Shown here: piece by piece, positions 25,601 through 38,856 of the stretch
How positions within the stretch are numbered: the first letter of the stretch is position 1
Layout of the letters: each line of letters begins with the position of its first letter
Source: Scyliorhinus canicula
Lineage: Eukaryota
Length of the DNA: 64,000 nt
Assembly: GCF_902713615.1 (NCBI RefSeq)
Contig: NC_052171.1
Coordinates: forward strand, 7,963,209 to 8,027,208
Direction of reading: 5' to 3'
Made by a program: the position numbers and the translations under genes
The notes under the pieces: model-generated
The model's database searches: none
Seen by the model: the letters and a program-made list of their open reading frames with translations, nothing else
What the model was told of the DNA's origin: nothing

Positions 25601-28600
25601 GCATCGCACTGTCATCGGGCAGGGACTGAGGGAGCACCGAGCTGTCATCGGGCAGGGACTGAGGGAGCACCGCACTGTCATCGGGCAGGGACTGAGGGAG
25701 CACCGCGCTGTCATCGGGCAGGGGCAGGGACTGAGGGAGCACCGCACTGTCATCGGGCAGGGACTGAGGGAGCACCGCACTGTCATCGGGCAGGGGCAGG
25801 GACTGAGGGAGCACCGCACTGTCATCGGGCAGGGGCTGAGGGAACACCGCACTGTCATCGGGCAGGGGCAGGGACTGAGGGAGCACCGCACTGTCATCGG
25901 GCAGGGACTGAGGGAGCACCGCACTGTCATCGGGCAGGGGCAGGGGCTGAGGGAGCACCGCGCTGTCATCAGGCAGGGACTGAGGGAGCACCGTGCTGTC
26001 ATCGGGCAGGGGCTGAGGGAGCATCGCGCTGTCATCGGGCAGGGGCAGGGGCTGAGGGAGCACCGCACTGTCATCGGGCAGGGGCAGGGACTGAGGGAGC
26101 ACCGCGCTGTCATCGGGCAGGGACTGAGGGAGCACCGCGCTGTCATCGGGCAGGGACTGAGGGAGCACCGCGCTGTCATCGGGCAGGGACTGAGGGAGCA
26201 CCGCGCTGTCATCGGGCAGGGACTGAGGGAGCACCGCACTGTCATCGGGCAGGGGCTGAGTGAGCACCGCACTGTCATCGGGCAGGGGCAGGGACTGAGG
26301 GAGCACCGCGCTGTCATCGGGCAGGGGCTGAGGGAGCACCGCACTGTCATCGGGCAGGGGCAGGGACTGAGGGAGCACCACACTGTCATCGGGCAGGGAC
26401 TGAGGGAGCATCGCACTGTCATCGGGCAGGGGCAGGGACTGAGGGAGCACCGCACTGTCATCGGGCAGGGGCAGGGACTGAGGGAGCACCGCACTGTCAT
26501 CGGGCAGGGACTGAGGGAGCACCGCGCTGTCATCGGGCAGTGACTGAGGGAGCACCGCGCTGTCATCGGGCAGGGACTGAGGGAGCACCGCACTGTCATC
26601 GGGCAGGGGCTGAGGGACTGAGGGAGCACCGCACTGTCATCGGGCAGGGGCTGAGGGACTGAGGGAGCACCGCACTGTCATCGGGCAGGGACTGAGGGAG
26701 CACCGCGCTGTCATCAGGCAGGGGCTGAGGGAGCACCGCACTGTCATCGGGCAGGGACTGAGGGAGCACCGTACTGTCATCGGGCAGGGACTGAGGGAGC
26801 ACCACGCTGTCATCGGGCAGGGACTGAGGGAGCACCGCGCTGTCATCGGGCAGGGACTGAGGGAGCATCGCACTGTCATCGGGCAGGGACTGAGGGAGCA
26901 CCGAGCTGTCATCGGGCAGGGACTGAGGGAGCACCGCACTGTCATCGGGCAGGGACTGAGGGAGCACCGCGCTGTCATCGGGCAGGGGCAGGGACTGAGG
27001 GAGCACCGCACTGTCATCGGGCAGGGACTGAGGGAGCACCGCACTGTCATCGGGCAGGGGCAGGGACTGAGGGAGCACCGCACTGTCATCGGGCAGGGGC
27101 TGAGGGAACACCGCACTGTCATCGGGCAGGGGCAGGGACTGAGGGAGCACCGCACTGTCATCGGGCAGGGACTGAGGGAGCACCGCACTGTCATCGGGCA
27201 GGGGCAGGGACTGAGGGAGCACCGCGCTGTCATCGGGCAGGGACTGAGGGAGCACCGCGCTGTCATCGGGCAGGGACTGAGGGAGCACCGCGCTGTCATC
27301 GGGCAGGGACTGAGGGAGCACCGCGCTGTCATCGGGCAGGGACTGAGGGAGCACCGCACTGTCATCGGGCAGGGACTGAGTGAGCACCGCACTGTCATCG
27401 GGCAGGGGCAGGGACTGAGGGAGCACCGCGCTGTCATCGGGCAGGGGCTGAGGGAGCACCGCACTGTCATCGGGCAGGGGCAGGGACTGAGGGAGCACCG
27501 CACTGTCATCGGGCAGGGACTGAGGGAGTACCTCGCTGTCATCGGGCAGGGACTGAGGGAGCACCGCACTGTCATCGGGCAGGGACTGAGGGAGCACCGC
27601 CCTGTCATCGGGCAGGGACTGAGGGACTGAGGGAGCACCGCGCTGTCATCGGGCAGGGGCAGGGACTGAGGGAGCACCGCGCTGTCATCGGGCAGGGGCA
27701 GGGGCTGAGGGAGCACCGTGCTGTCATCGGGCAGGGACTGAGGGAACACCGCACTGTCATCGGGCAGGGACTGAGGGAGCACCGCGCTGTCATCGGGCAG
27801 GGACTGAGGGAGCACCGTGCTGTCATCGGGCAGGGGCAGGGACTGAGGGAGCACCGCGCTGTCATCGGGCAGGGACTGAGGGAGCACCGCGGTGTCATCG
27901 GGCAGGGACTGAGGGAGCACCGCACTGTCATTGGGCAGGGGCAGGGACTGAGGGAGCACCGCGCTGTCATCGGGCAGGGACTGAGGGAGCACCGCGGTGT
28001 CATCGGGCAGGGGCTGAGGGAGCACCGCACTGTCATCGGGCAGGGGCTGAGGGAGCACCGCACTGTCATCGGGCAGGGGCTGAGGGAGCACCGCACTGTC
28101 ATCGGGCAGGGACTGAGGGAGCACCGCACTGTCATCGGGCAGGGGCAGGGACTGAGTGAGCACCGCGCTGTCATCGGGCAGGGGCTGAGGGAGCACCGCG
28201 CTGTCATCGGGCAGGGGCTGAGGGAGCACCGTACTGTCATCGGGCAGGGGCAGGGGCTGAGGGAGCACCGCACTGTCATCGGGTAGGGACTGAGGGAGCA
28301 CCGCACTGTCATGGGGCAGGGACTGAGGGAGCACCGCGCTGTCATCGGGCAGGGACTGAGGGAGCACCGCACTGTCATCGGGCAGGGACTGAGGGAGCAC
28401 CGCGCTGTCATCGGGCAGGGACTGAGGGAGCACCGCGCTGTCATCGGGCAGGGACTGAGGGAGCACCGCGCTGTCATCGGGCAGGGACTGAGGGAGCACC
28501 GCGCTGTCATCGGGCAGGGACTGAGGGACTGAGGGAGCACCGCGCTGCCATCGGGCAGGGGCAGGGACTGAGGGAGCACCGTACTGTCATCGGGCAGGGA

Positions 28601-29966
28601 CTGAGGAAGCACCGTACTGTCATCGGGCAGGGACTGAGTGAGCACCGCGCTGTCATCGGGCAGGGGCTGAGGGAGCACCGCACTGTCATCGGGCAGGGAC
28701 TGAGGGAGCACCGCACTGTCATCGGACAGGGACTGAGGGAGCACCGCGCTGTCATCGGGCAGGGACTGAGGGAGCACCGCACTGTCATCGGGCAGGGACT
28801 GAGGGAGCACCGTGCTGTCATCAGGCAGGGGCAGGGACTGAGGGAGCACCGCACTGTCATCGGGCAGGGACTGAGGGAGCACCGCGCTGTCATCGGGCAG
28901 GGACTGAGGGAGCACCGCACTGTCATCGGGCAGGGACTGAGGGAGCACCGCGCTGTCATCGGGCAGGGACTGAGGGAGCACCGCGCTGTCATCGGGCAGG
29001 GGCTGAGGGTGTACCGCACTGTCATCGGGCAGGGACTGAGGGAGCACCGCGCTGTCATCAGGCAGGGGCAGGGACTGAGGGAGGACCGCACTGTCATCGG
29101 GCAGGGGCTGAGGGAGCATCGGGCAGGGACTGAGGGAGCACCGCACTGTCATCGGGCAGGGGCTGAGGGAGCACCGCACTGTCATCGGGCAGGGGCTGAG
29201 GGAGCACCGCACTGTCATCGGGCAGGGACTGAGGGAGCACCGAGCTGTCATCGGGCAGGGGCTGAGGGAGCACCGCACTGTCATCGGGCAGGGGCTGAGG
29301 GAGCACCGCACTGTCATCGGGCAGGGGCTGAGGGAGCACCGCACTGTCATCGGGCAGGGACTGAGGGAGCACCGCACTGTCATCGGGCAGGGACTGAGGG
29401 AGCACCGAGCTGTCATCGGGCAGGGACTGAGGGAGCACCGAGCTGTCATCGGGCAGAGCTGAGGGAGCGACGTACCATTAGAGGGGCAGGACTGAGGGAG
29501 CATAGTACCATCAGAGGCGCAGGGGCAGGACTGAGGGAGCACCGCACTGTCATCGGGCAGGTACAGGGCTGAGGGAGCACCGCACCATCAGAGGGGCAGG
29601 GCTGAGGGAGCACAGTACCATCAGAGGCGCAGCGGCAGGGCTGAGGGAGCGCCGCACCATCAAAGGGGCAGGGCTGAGGGAGCGCCGCACCATCAAAGGG
29701 GCAGGGCTGAGGGAGCGCCGCACCATCAAAGGGGCAGGGCTGAGGGAGCGCCGCACCATCAAAGGGGCAGGGCTGAGGGAGCGCCGCACCATCAAAGGGG
29801 CAGGGCTGAGGGAGCGCCGCACCATCAAAGGGGCAGGGCTGAGGGAGCGCCGCACCATCAAAGGGGCAGGGCTGAGGGAGCGCCGCACCATCAAAGGGGC
29901 AGGGCTGAGGGAGCACCGCACTGTCATCGGGCAGGTGCAGGGCTGAGGGAGCACAGTACCATCAGA
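22617..29966 (+). repeat. 7.3-kb 33/39-bp minisatellite between FHIP2B and BRF2 3' ends
   Basis: Unit ctgagggagcaccgcactgtcatcgggcaggga, with an optional ggcagg insertion; a variant block lies at 29570-29900. Confidence 0.97.
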
Positions 29967-30672
29967 GTGGCTGCACTATCTGCCCTCCCAGATGGATGCA
30001 AAAGGTCCTGTGGCATTATTTAGAAGAGAAGGGGTAACCTGGCCTACAGAGATCAACCGTCACGAGAACAGATTATTTATTTTGATGCCTGACAGTCCTG
30101 CTGGGCTGTTCAATAATTAACACACAGCACAGAGAACAGACTCCAATCAGCCTTTAATCTGTCAGCAGCTTCGGAGCGGAGTGTCAGTTACGGTCGACTG
30201 TGGAGGACAACGCTGGCTCTGCTGTCCTGTAAATAAGACTGAGACGTGTGGTCATGAGCAGCTTCCGTGCGTTGGCTATATCGCTGCTACTACTGCCTTT
30301 AACAACAGGCTTACCATTCCTCAGATCATCGCAATCATTGCCCCGAGACACCAACAGCACTCTCTCGGACAAAATGCGTCACATCTTTTAACACAGACTG
30401 GCCCGGTGGGATTGGGCATTCTCTGTTAAAGGCACAGCCAGATGGGAGTGTCAATCAGCCACAACTGAATTGACTGGGGGGGGATCAGGCAAGAGGGACT
30501 GGAAGGTCTCCTCCTCTTGTCCATGGCAGCCGAACAAACGTGATGGGGTGTTTGAGTGAACTGGCTGGACCGTGGGTAGATTTGGTCTCGTGATGGGGGT
30601 GGGCGGGCAGGGTGGGGAGGAGGACTTTGGCTCATGATCCAGTCGGACTGTCTGAGAGCAGCTTGGAGACTG

Positions 30673-30678
30673 TTTATT
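30673..30678 (-). terminator. Candidate poly(A) signal AATAAA for BRF2
   Basis: tttatt on + strand, ~150 nt past the stop; a second lies at ~30076. Confidence 0.45.
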
Positions 30679-30829
30679 GTGCGTAACTCTTAGTGCCTGC
30701 CGTTATATAGAGGCGTACCAGAGTGACCCTTTCCAGGCAGAATCGTCTTCAAAGGCAAGCCCCAAGCAGGCACCTACCCCACCCACTCCTCCCATCCCCC
30801 AGGAGGACATGAGCTCCCTCCCTCGAGCA

Positions 30830-31571
30830 TCACAGACTGGCACGTGCTGCCCGGAAAGCTGCCACCTCCTCGGGTGTCCTCAGATACTGCTCAATTTCAC
30901 TGTCTGATATCTCCTCCTCCCCCGTGATCAGCTCCATGCCATGGCTTCCCTCCGCTTCCGGGCAGGGCTTCCTCCTCTTCCTCTGCGTGAGGCACGGAGG
31001 GAGGAAGACCGGCGCTGTGCGTTTGTGCGCCGACCCCGCGGGACTCGGCTGGTCCTGAAGAGAGGGCCCGGTGTCCTCGCCCTCCCAACCTCTGCTGCCC
31101 TCGCCCCCGTCCGTTTCCATTCCTTTGCTGGGGCCGGTCTGCCCATCTGCGTTCTCCGTCCGCGCGGGTCTTAGCGTCTGTCTGAGCAACAGGACGCGAT
31201 GGCGCAGAATATCGCCGCTGTACTTCACCACAGTCTTGGCGTCGATCCGCTGCGACGCCAGCCAATCCAGCTGCGGCGCCAGCCTGACGAGAATGGCGAC
31301 CATCTCCTTCACCCGCCGCGAGGCGGGCGGGGGCTGCTTGACCCCCGCCAGCTGGCAGAACTTGCCCAGGCTGCACTTCAGGCGATGCTGGGGCAGCAGC
31401 GACTGCCAGGCCAGGTAGGCTGCTGCCGTGACGATGGGCACAGGGTGCCTCCCAGTCACCAGCCAGGTTTCACTGGCCAGCTCCACAAACTGCAGGGCGC
31501 GGTCCACCACCTTGTCTTTGTCCTCCAGAAAGATGGACGGGACTGATGCAGACTTCTGGAACAAATTATAC
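30830..31571 (-). CDS. BRF2: BRF2 last coding exon
   Basis: cag|G TAT...TGA; QFVELASETWLVTGRHPVPIVTAAAYLAWQSL (cyclin fold 2), LPPCL (molecular-pin Cys), EEISDSEIEQYLRTPEEV (TBP anchor). Confidence 0.95.
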
Positions 31572-31789
31572 CTGCGAGGGGGGGGGGGGGGGGGGGAGAA
31601 GAGAAAAACAATCAGGGTCTCAGTGGGCAGGTAATACACCGGAGATCACAATCCCGACACACCCCATCACCTCACACACACACACACACACACACACCAA
31701 CGACCCGCTCCCGGACGCTCAGGTTGGATTGTACCAAGATCACTTGACCCCGATCGCATTACAGACTTGATTCTAACACGGGTAAGATC

Positions 31790-32960
31790 TGAACTCCAGA
31801 GGTGAGACAACAATGGCTGCCCTTGACATCAAGGCAGCACTTCAAAGTGAGGAATCAAGGAGCCCTGGCTAAACTGGAGTCAATGGGTATCAGGGAGAAA
31901 AGTCTCTGTTGGTTGGAGTCATTCCCGGCACAAAGGAAGATGGTTGTGGTGGTTGGAGGTCAATCATCTCAGCTCCAGGACATCACTGCAGGAGTTCCTC
32001 AGGGGGGTGTCCTAGGCCCCAACCATCTTCAGCTGCTTCATCAATGACCGTCCCTCCATCATAAGGTCAGAAGTGGGGATGTTCACTAATCACTGCACAA
32101 TGTTCAGCAACATTCGCGACTCCTTAGATAATGAAGCAGTCCATGTCCAAATGCAGCAAGACCTGGACAATATCCAGGCTTGGGGCTGGCAAGTGGCAAG
32201 TTACATTCGCGCCACACAAGTGCCAGGCAATAACTATCTCCAACAAGACAGGATCTAATAACCGCCCCCTGACATTCAATGGAATTACCATCACTGAATC
32301 CCCCACAATCAACATCCTGGGGAGTTACCATTGACCAGACACTGAACTGGACCCAGCCATATAAATACTGTGGCTACCAGAGCAGGTCAGAGGCTGGGAA
32401 TCCTGCGGAGAGTAACTCACCTCCTGACTCCCCCCAAAGCCTGTCCACCATCTACAAGGCACAAGTCAGGAGTGTGAGGGAATACTCTCCACTTGCCTGG
32501 ATGAGTGCAACAACTACACCATCCAGGACAAACTAGGGGATTTTCACAGAAACTTCATTGCAGTTTTAATGTAAGCCTACTTATGACAATAATAAAGATT
32601 ATTATTTGAAAGCGGCCCACTTGATGGGCACCCCATCCACAAGCATTCACTCCCTCCCCCACCGACGCACAGTGGCAGCCGTGTGTACCATCTACAAGAT
32701 GCACTGCAGCAACTCACCAAGGCTCCTTAGGCAGCACCTTCCAAACCCACGGCCTCTACCATCTAGAAGGACAAGGGCAGCAGATACCTGGGAACCCCAC
32801 CACCTGGAGGTTCCCCTCCAAGTCACTCACCGCCCCGACTTGGAAATATATCGGCTGTTCCTTCACTGTCGCTGGGTCAAAGTCCTGGAACTCCCTCCCT
32901 AACAGCACTGTGGGTGTACCTACACCACACGGACTGCAGCGGCTCAAGATGGCGGCTCAC
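31790..32960 (+). mobile_element. CR1/L2-clade LINE 3' part
   Basis: Highly similar to 9240-10460. Confidence 0.88.
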
Positions 32961-33238
32961 AACCAGTGGTGCAGGTCAAAGGTCAGTGAACAACAGCGAG
33001 AGGGTCAGCACAGTCCAACCAGCAGCTATATCTCACCAGCTGACCTACTCCGCATTTGCAGTGTTTGCTGATGGGAGTTCCTTTAGCTGAAGCTTTAGTT
33101 TGTTTTGTTTTGGAGTTTAGATGTAACACCACAGTGTGGCCTGCTCCAGGATATTCTGCGTATTCCTGAAGGTGATCGGAATGGACAGAGTTTGTGCAAG
33201 AACCGGGCGCCACTGCTCATCAACGAGCAGCAGTATTA

Positions 33239-33696
33239 GGGACTGGATTCTCCATTTCAGGGATTATGTCTCCACGCCGTCATGAAAACTGTGGCGTCAA
33301 ACTTAAGGCCCCTTATTCACAGCCCTGCAGGGGGCCGTCATGAAGCTCACGGCTCCAGCTGCCGATGCGCCCCCCCCCCCCCCCCCCCCGCCCCGCACTT
33401 CCGGGTCAGAGGCAGCCGCTGTGCTCCATGGCGGACTCGGACTGCGGAGCTGGACCGCGTTAGTAGTTCGATCCATGCCGTCGGGGTGGAGAATAACGGG
33501 GTGGGCCTCTGGCAATGGCTGTAGGTGGGGGATAGGCGGTGCGGCATACCCCCCAGGTACGCCGCTTTTCGGGGGGCCGGAGAATCGAACCGGCGCCGGA
33601 CCCGCTTCCATGCGTGGAGATGGATTCTCTCCCCCCCCCCCCCCCCCGCACCGGACGCGATTTCGGAGTCAGGTGTGGGTGTGGAGAATCCATCCC
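33239..33696. mobile_element. MITE-like non-autonomous DNA element
   Basis: Terminal inverted repeats gggactggattctcc / ggagaatccatccc; GC-rich interior; TSD unclear. Confidence 0.6.
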
Positions 33697-33920
33697 CAGG
33701 AATTTGGACAGGTTAGCCAGTGGGGGCGGGCAATGCCAGTGGTCTGGGAGCGGGGACCCAGCCTCAGCTGTGGCGATACAGACCCCATTTCATCGGAGGC
33801 CAATGTGTGCCAATCCTCGGAGCTGGTTTAGTTAACAGTGGCAGCACCGACGCTGTTTGAACAGCGGAGACAAGAGTTGTGCGCTGGGAGGTCAGGAAGG
33901 ATAAGAGGGGACATACTGAC

Positions 33921-34242
33921 CCGTCACAGTGAGTTTTCACCAGGTCCAGCAGGCTCAGAGTGGGGATGTCCAGGTTCAGCTCCTTCACCAGCTGCTGGTA
34001 GACTGTTGAGAAAAGAGTGGGCTCCACGTGAAGGAGGGAGCAGATGGTGCTCATGGTCAGGGGCCAGTTGTGCTGGCGACAGGCGACGTGAACACAGCAG
34101 CCCACCAGGGCTTCCTTCTTCTCCAGAGTGACGTGCAGGAAGCTCGGATGCTCATAGGCCCTCAGGTAGAGTTCGCTGGCCGTGTCCTCCACGACGGGGC
34201 GCACACGGAGAATCCGGCAGAGGTCACGGACTCGCATCTGAC
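33921..34242 (-). CDS. BRF2: BRF2 exon (cyclin fold 1)
   Basis: cag|GT...GG|gtcagt; 322 nt; RVRDLCRIL...KKEALVGCCVHVACRQHNWPLTM. Confidence 0.95.
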
Positions 34243-34539
34243 CTGAGCGACGGGCGGGGGGGGTGAGAGAGAAGGGGGGGAGAGAGAGAGGGGGTGTGTG
34301 TGAGAGAGAGAGGGGGAAAGAGAGAGGGAGTGAGAGAGAGACAGAGAGTGAGTCACAACCGGAGTCACCGAGGGGAGAAGGATTACTTTAGGGACCTGGC
34401 TGCAGGCGATATTATACTAAAAGCAATATTGAACAGCATCTTGCATTCAAGTCAACACGGGGGGGGGGGGGGGGGGGGGGGGGCACGGGTCAGCCGCAAG
34501 GAGGGAGGGTTGGCCATAGGGTCGGCACTGGGGGGGGGG

Positions 34540-35115
34540 GGTACTGAGGGAGGGGCGGCATCGAAGGTATGTCCTTGGTCTCGCAGGGTAGACATCGAGA
34601 CCAAGGTTCGGCAAGGAGGGAGAACTGGCATCGAGGGTGCGTCCGTGCTGTTGGAGGGTGGGCAGGGAGGGAGGGCTGGCATCGAGGGTGAGTCCATGCT
34701 GTTGGAGGATGCGTCCATGCTGTTGGAGGGTGGGCAGGGCAGGGAGGGCTGGCATCGAGGGTGCGTCCATGCTGTTGGAGGGTGGGCAGGGAGGGAGGGC
34801 TGGCATCGTGGGTGAGTCCATACTGTTGGAGGGTGGGTCCATGCTGGTGGAGGGTGGGCAGGGAGGGCTGGCATCGAGGGTGCGTCCATGCTGTTGGAGG
34901 GTGGGCAGGGAGGGCTGGCATCGAGGGTGCGTCCATGCTGTTGGAGGGTGCGTCCATGCTGTTGGAGGGTGGGCAGGGAGGGAGGGCTGGCATCGAGGGT
35001 GCGTCCATGCTGTTGGAGGGTGGGCAGGGAGGGAGGGCTGGCATCGAGGGTGTGTCCAAGCTGTTGGAGGGTGGGCAGCAAAGGAGGACCAGCATCGGGG
35101 GTGGACCATGCTGTC
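34540..35115 (+). repeat. ~47-51-bp G-rich minisatellite followed by a DeuSINE-like body
   Basis: Unit gagggtgcgtccatgctgttggagggtgggcagggagggagggctggcatc. Confidence 0.9.
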
Positions 35116-35535
35116 AGAGGATCAGCACCGAGGGAATTGCATTGACGGAGGTGCTGGGTTTTAAATGAGACTTCAAACAGAGGCCGTGTGTGCATTCTCA
35201 GGAGGGCTTAAAAGATCCCCTGGTATTATTTGAAGAACATGGAAGTTCTCCGTTCACTCATCAATATTCTACCCTCCAACAACATTATTAAACTGCTCAT
35301 TCTTCTATTTGTGCACGCACTAACCGACTGCTGTATTTTCCACATTACAGAAACAACTATAACTTAGAAAAATCCTGAGGTCGTGGAGGAATGAGAGAAC
35401 TGCACGACTATTAATCCACAAAAATTTCAAAATTCCTTTTTGGGAATGAACATGCATATTTTGTGAATCATGGCAATTATTTGTGGTGGAGTTGTGAGGA
35501 ACATTGGTTGAGACGGTGGTGTCAATAAACACGGA

Positions 35536-36225
35536 GGGTAGCATGGTGGCGCAGTGGGTTAGCGCTGCTGCCTCACGGCGCCGGGGACAACGGGTTCGAT
35601 CCCGTCCCCGGGTCACTGTCCGTGTGGAATTTGCACGTTCTCCCCGTGTCTGCGTGGGTCTCACCCCCACAACCCAAATATGTGCAGGGTAGGTGGATTG
35701 GCCACGCTAAATTGCCTCTTGAGTGGGAAAAATTAATTGGGTACTCTAAATTTTAAAAATAAACAACCACTCTGGTCTCAGCTATCAATCCATCTGCCTC
35801 AAGGGCTAACCACAGACTTCGCATAACCACTCTTTCTCCGTATGGAGTGCAATCCGGAGCTTTTTAAATCGGCTACTTGATGTGTCGAGAATTACTCCAT
35901 TGTCTTGAGGGAAGTGGGTGGTGTGGTTTAATCGCGCCTTCAAGGCCAGAGATTGAAGCACGAGACCCGTTACTATACCAGCTGGGGCCGGCACATGGTT
36001 AGCACTGCTGCCTCACGGCGCTGAGAACCCCGGTTCAATCCCAGCCCCGGCGCGGAGAACCCCGGTTCAATCCCAGCCCCGGGTCACTGTCCGTATGGAG
36101 TTTACACATTCTACCCGTGTTTGTGTGGGTCTCATCCCCACAATCCAAAAAGATGTGCAGGGTAGGTGGATGGGCCACGTTAAATTGCCCCTTAATTGAA
36201 AATAAAATAATTGGGTACTCTAAAT
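35536..36225 (+). mobile_element. Two HE1-like SINEs (35536-35755, 35985-36225)
   Basis: tRNA head plus core; the second has a duplicated B-box segment. Confidence 0.8.
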
Positions 36226-36329
36226 TTAGTTAAATAAAATACCAGCGTGCGCAAAGCATCGCCCACCTGCATCAGAACTCTGCTTGAGTGCTTCCTGCAT
36301 TTTCTGCCGCCACTAATCAAGGATCTTAC

Positions 36330-36389
36330 CTTGTATCTGATTACGACAGGGCTTTTTCACCTCTGCTGTGCTCTCGCTGTATCTCACTG
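36330..36389 (-). CDS. BRF2: BRF2 60-nt exon (not in ORF track)
   Basis: cacag|CA GTG...CAA G|gtaag; (A)VRYSESTAEVKKPCRNQIQ(G); phase 1-1 bridges the flanking exons. Confidence 0.88.
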
Positions 36390-36928
36390 CTGTGGAGAAG
36401 GAGTGCAAATAGTACAGTTTAACATTGAGACAAGCCATGCTGCTTAAGTTGTGTGTAGTACAGGTTCAGCACTCGAACCACACTTACAGCACTCGAACCA
36501 CACTTGTTCTCCAAAACAGCCAGAGTGTGGCGACTGGGGGATTTTCACAGTAACTTCATTGCAGTGTGTGGAAACCTAAAATGGGCATCTAGAGCTGGGA
36601 TACCTGACATAAAAAATTTTAAGTGTCCCATCAAAATTGCTGCAGGTACCTCATTAATTCAGTCAGCAGACAAGTGGCCCCTTGAAAGTTGATTACATTG
36701 TCTGGAATTTAATCGATTTCCTGAGATCACCCTCCCTTTTGTATTGTGACACACACACCTTTTGTCAATAACAGCATCACTGAGAGCAATGACGTCAGCC
36801 GATCACCTCAGCTTTTCTGTTGCTAATATACTTATCACTATAGAATTACCGCAGAATGCATTGACGTCATCTGATCACCTCTCCTTTGTATCAAAATTAT
36901 ACCTTTGTCTTAGTCTAAGCCCAGTAAG

Positions 36929-37130
36929 AAGTCTTACAACACCAGGTTAAAGTCCAACCGGTTTGTTTCAAACATTAGCTTTCGGAGCACTGCTCCTTCC
37001 TCAGGTGAATGAAGAGGTATGTTCCAGAAACATATATATAGACTGATTCAAAGATGCCAGACAATGCTTGGAATGTGAGCATTTGTAGGTAATCAAGTCT
37101 TTCCAGATCCAGAGATAGGGGTAGTCTCAG
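36929..37130. mobile_element. Penelope-like terminal fragment (second copy at 14879-14960)
   Basis: Shared acaacaccaggttaaagtccaac...agctttcggagc...ctccttcctcaggtga; family call from memory. Confidence 0.5.
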
Positions 37131-37244
37131 CCAACAGCAAGGCTCAGAAATTATCGATGTTACTATCTGTAGAGGGATGTTTTTTTTTTAATATGCATCC
37201 TTTTGTGTGTCAGAGTGTGTCCGGCTGCGACCTTTTTTTTTTTA

Positions 37245-37576
37245 AGAACAGTACAGCACAGAACAGGCCCTTCGGCCCTCAATGTTGTGCCGAGCAATGA
37301 TCACCCTACTCAAGCCCACGTATCCACCCTATACCAGTAACCCAACAACCCCCGTTAATATTATTTTTTAGGACACTAAGGACAATTTAGCCTGGCCAAT
37401 CCACCTAACCCGCACATCTTTGGACTGTGGGAGGAAACCGGAGCACCCGGAGGAAACCCACGCACACACGGGGAGGACGTGCAGACTCCGCACAGACAGT
37501 GCCCCAGCCGGGAATCGAACCTGGGACCCTGGAGCTGTGAAGCATTGATGCTAACCACCATGCTACCGTGCTGCCC
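37245..37576 (-). mobile_element. Full-length HE1/V-type SINE
   Basis: Reverse complement of the 50181 and 54877 copies. Confidence 0.85.
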
Positions 37577-37735
37577 ACTTTGATTGACGTGGTCATTCTC
37601 TTTGTGCAAGTAAAACTTAATAAACTTAAATGTGTTGTTATCTGATACATTTTCAGTCTAAAAGTCTTACTCGGATGTCAAAGTTTTCCGCAAGTGTTAA
37701 TGTAAGCCCTTTGCGTGGGTTTCGCCCCAACAACC

Positions 37736-38683
37736 TGTAGCCATGCTGGCCACGCAAAATGGACACTGAGCCAAAGTAAAATGGAAGACAGAAGGAAAAG
37801 CCTGTTTAGTGAGAGCAGACAGTCTGCTCTCAACTAATTAGCATTTTGCAAGCAGCAAACCAGTTTCTGGCCAGGTGCAAGATCTCCAAGCCAAAGGTGT
37901 TAATGGCAAAGCGCTTAGCATTCTGATGAGGCAGCCCAGATCCAGGCACGAACAATGGCAACATTTCCATCTCAATGTAACACTTGATTGGTTGCGCAGA
38001 CAGGATGGCACCAAAGTAACGAATATCGAAACCACCCCCCAACACCGAGGAAGGCCCTCGCATTGGAGGATTTCGAAGGTAACCGTTTGGAAACGCTCCA
38101 ATCGGTACCGAAAGGTAGAGCCCGCCTATAAGGGGGCAAGGACATTAGAGAGGGGTATAAAGGCAAATTCCCCATCTAGCCCGGTCTGTTAAACCCGTGC
38201 TCCGGCCCTGATAGACATCTTGCATCCTGACTCCAGCCGTTGAGCACCAGCCGCCGAAACCGTAAGTTCAACGCTCGCTACGCGATCCAAGTCCACTAGA
38301 CCCCCAGTACCAGAACGCTTGCTGAAGGCTGCAGTACAAGACCAGGACGAAGGCCTCGTTCTCTGACCTTGCCTGTTCCTGTTAGATAAGTATTCTGATC
38401 ACTTAAGTTTAGTTATAGCTTAGTCTCTTAGTGTGTGCATGAGTATTTATTATAACTGTATAATAAATATTGATCGTTTGAACCTTACTGATCGGTGTAT
38501 CGTCTTTATTACTTTGAACTTGACCTTGGAATACTTGTGACGGTGTCTATACGGCACCTGGCGACTCCAGAGCTGAATAAATACATAGAACAGAGCCTAG
38601 TAGTGTTAAGCACACGTCGAACACGGAGGCGTGTTAATACACTCCAATAAACGCGTTTTACAACCACAGTAAAACGTGCAACA
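37736..38683 (+). mobile_element. Solo LTR (948 bp), Gypsy/ERV-type
   Basis: TGTAGC...GCAACA ends; perfect 4-bp TSD aacc; splits a SINE; internal CCAAT, TATAAA and AATAAA. Confidence 0.85.
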
Positions 38684-38856
38684 AACCCAAAAAGGTGTGC
38701 AGGCTAGGTAGATTGGCCACGCTAAATTGCCCCTTAATTGGAAAAAAAAAATTAATTGGGTACACTAAATTTATTTAAAAAAAGAAAAAATGTAAGCCTA
38801 CTTGTGACGCTAATAAAGATTTTTTTTGTACTCCTTTTTCATATTTTCATAAACCA

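Noticed and set aside
22508-29954. Long LPQSLPDDSAV / CSLSPCPMT ORFs
   Set aside because: Satellite with frameshifting insertions and no splice or start context.
36387-36392. NAGNAG tandem acceptors (also at 157-162 and 1206-1214)
   Set aside because: Common, single-residue effect, and no evidence of use.
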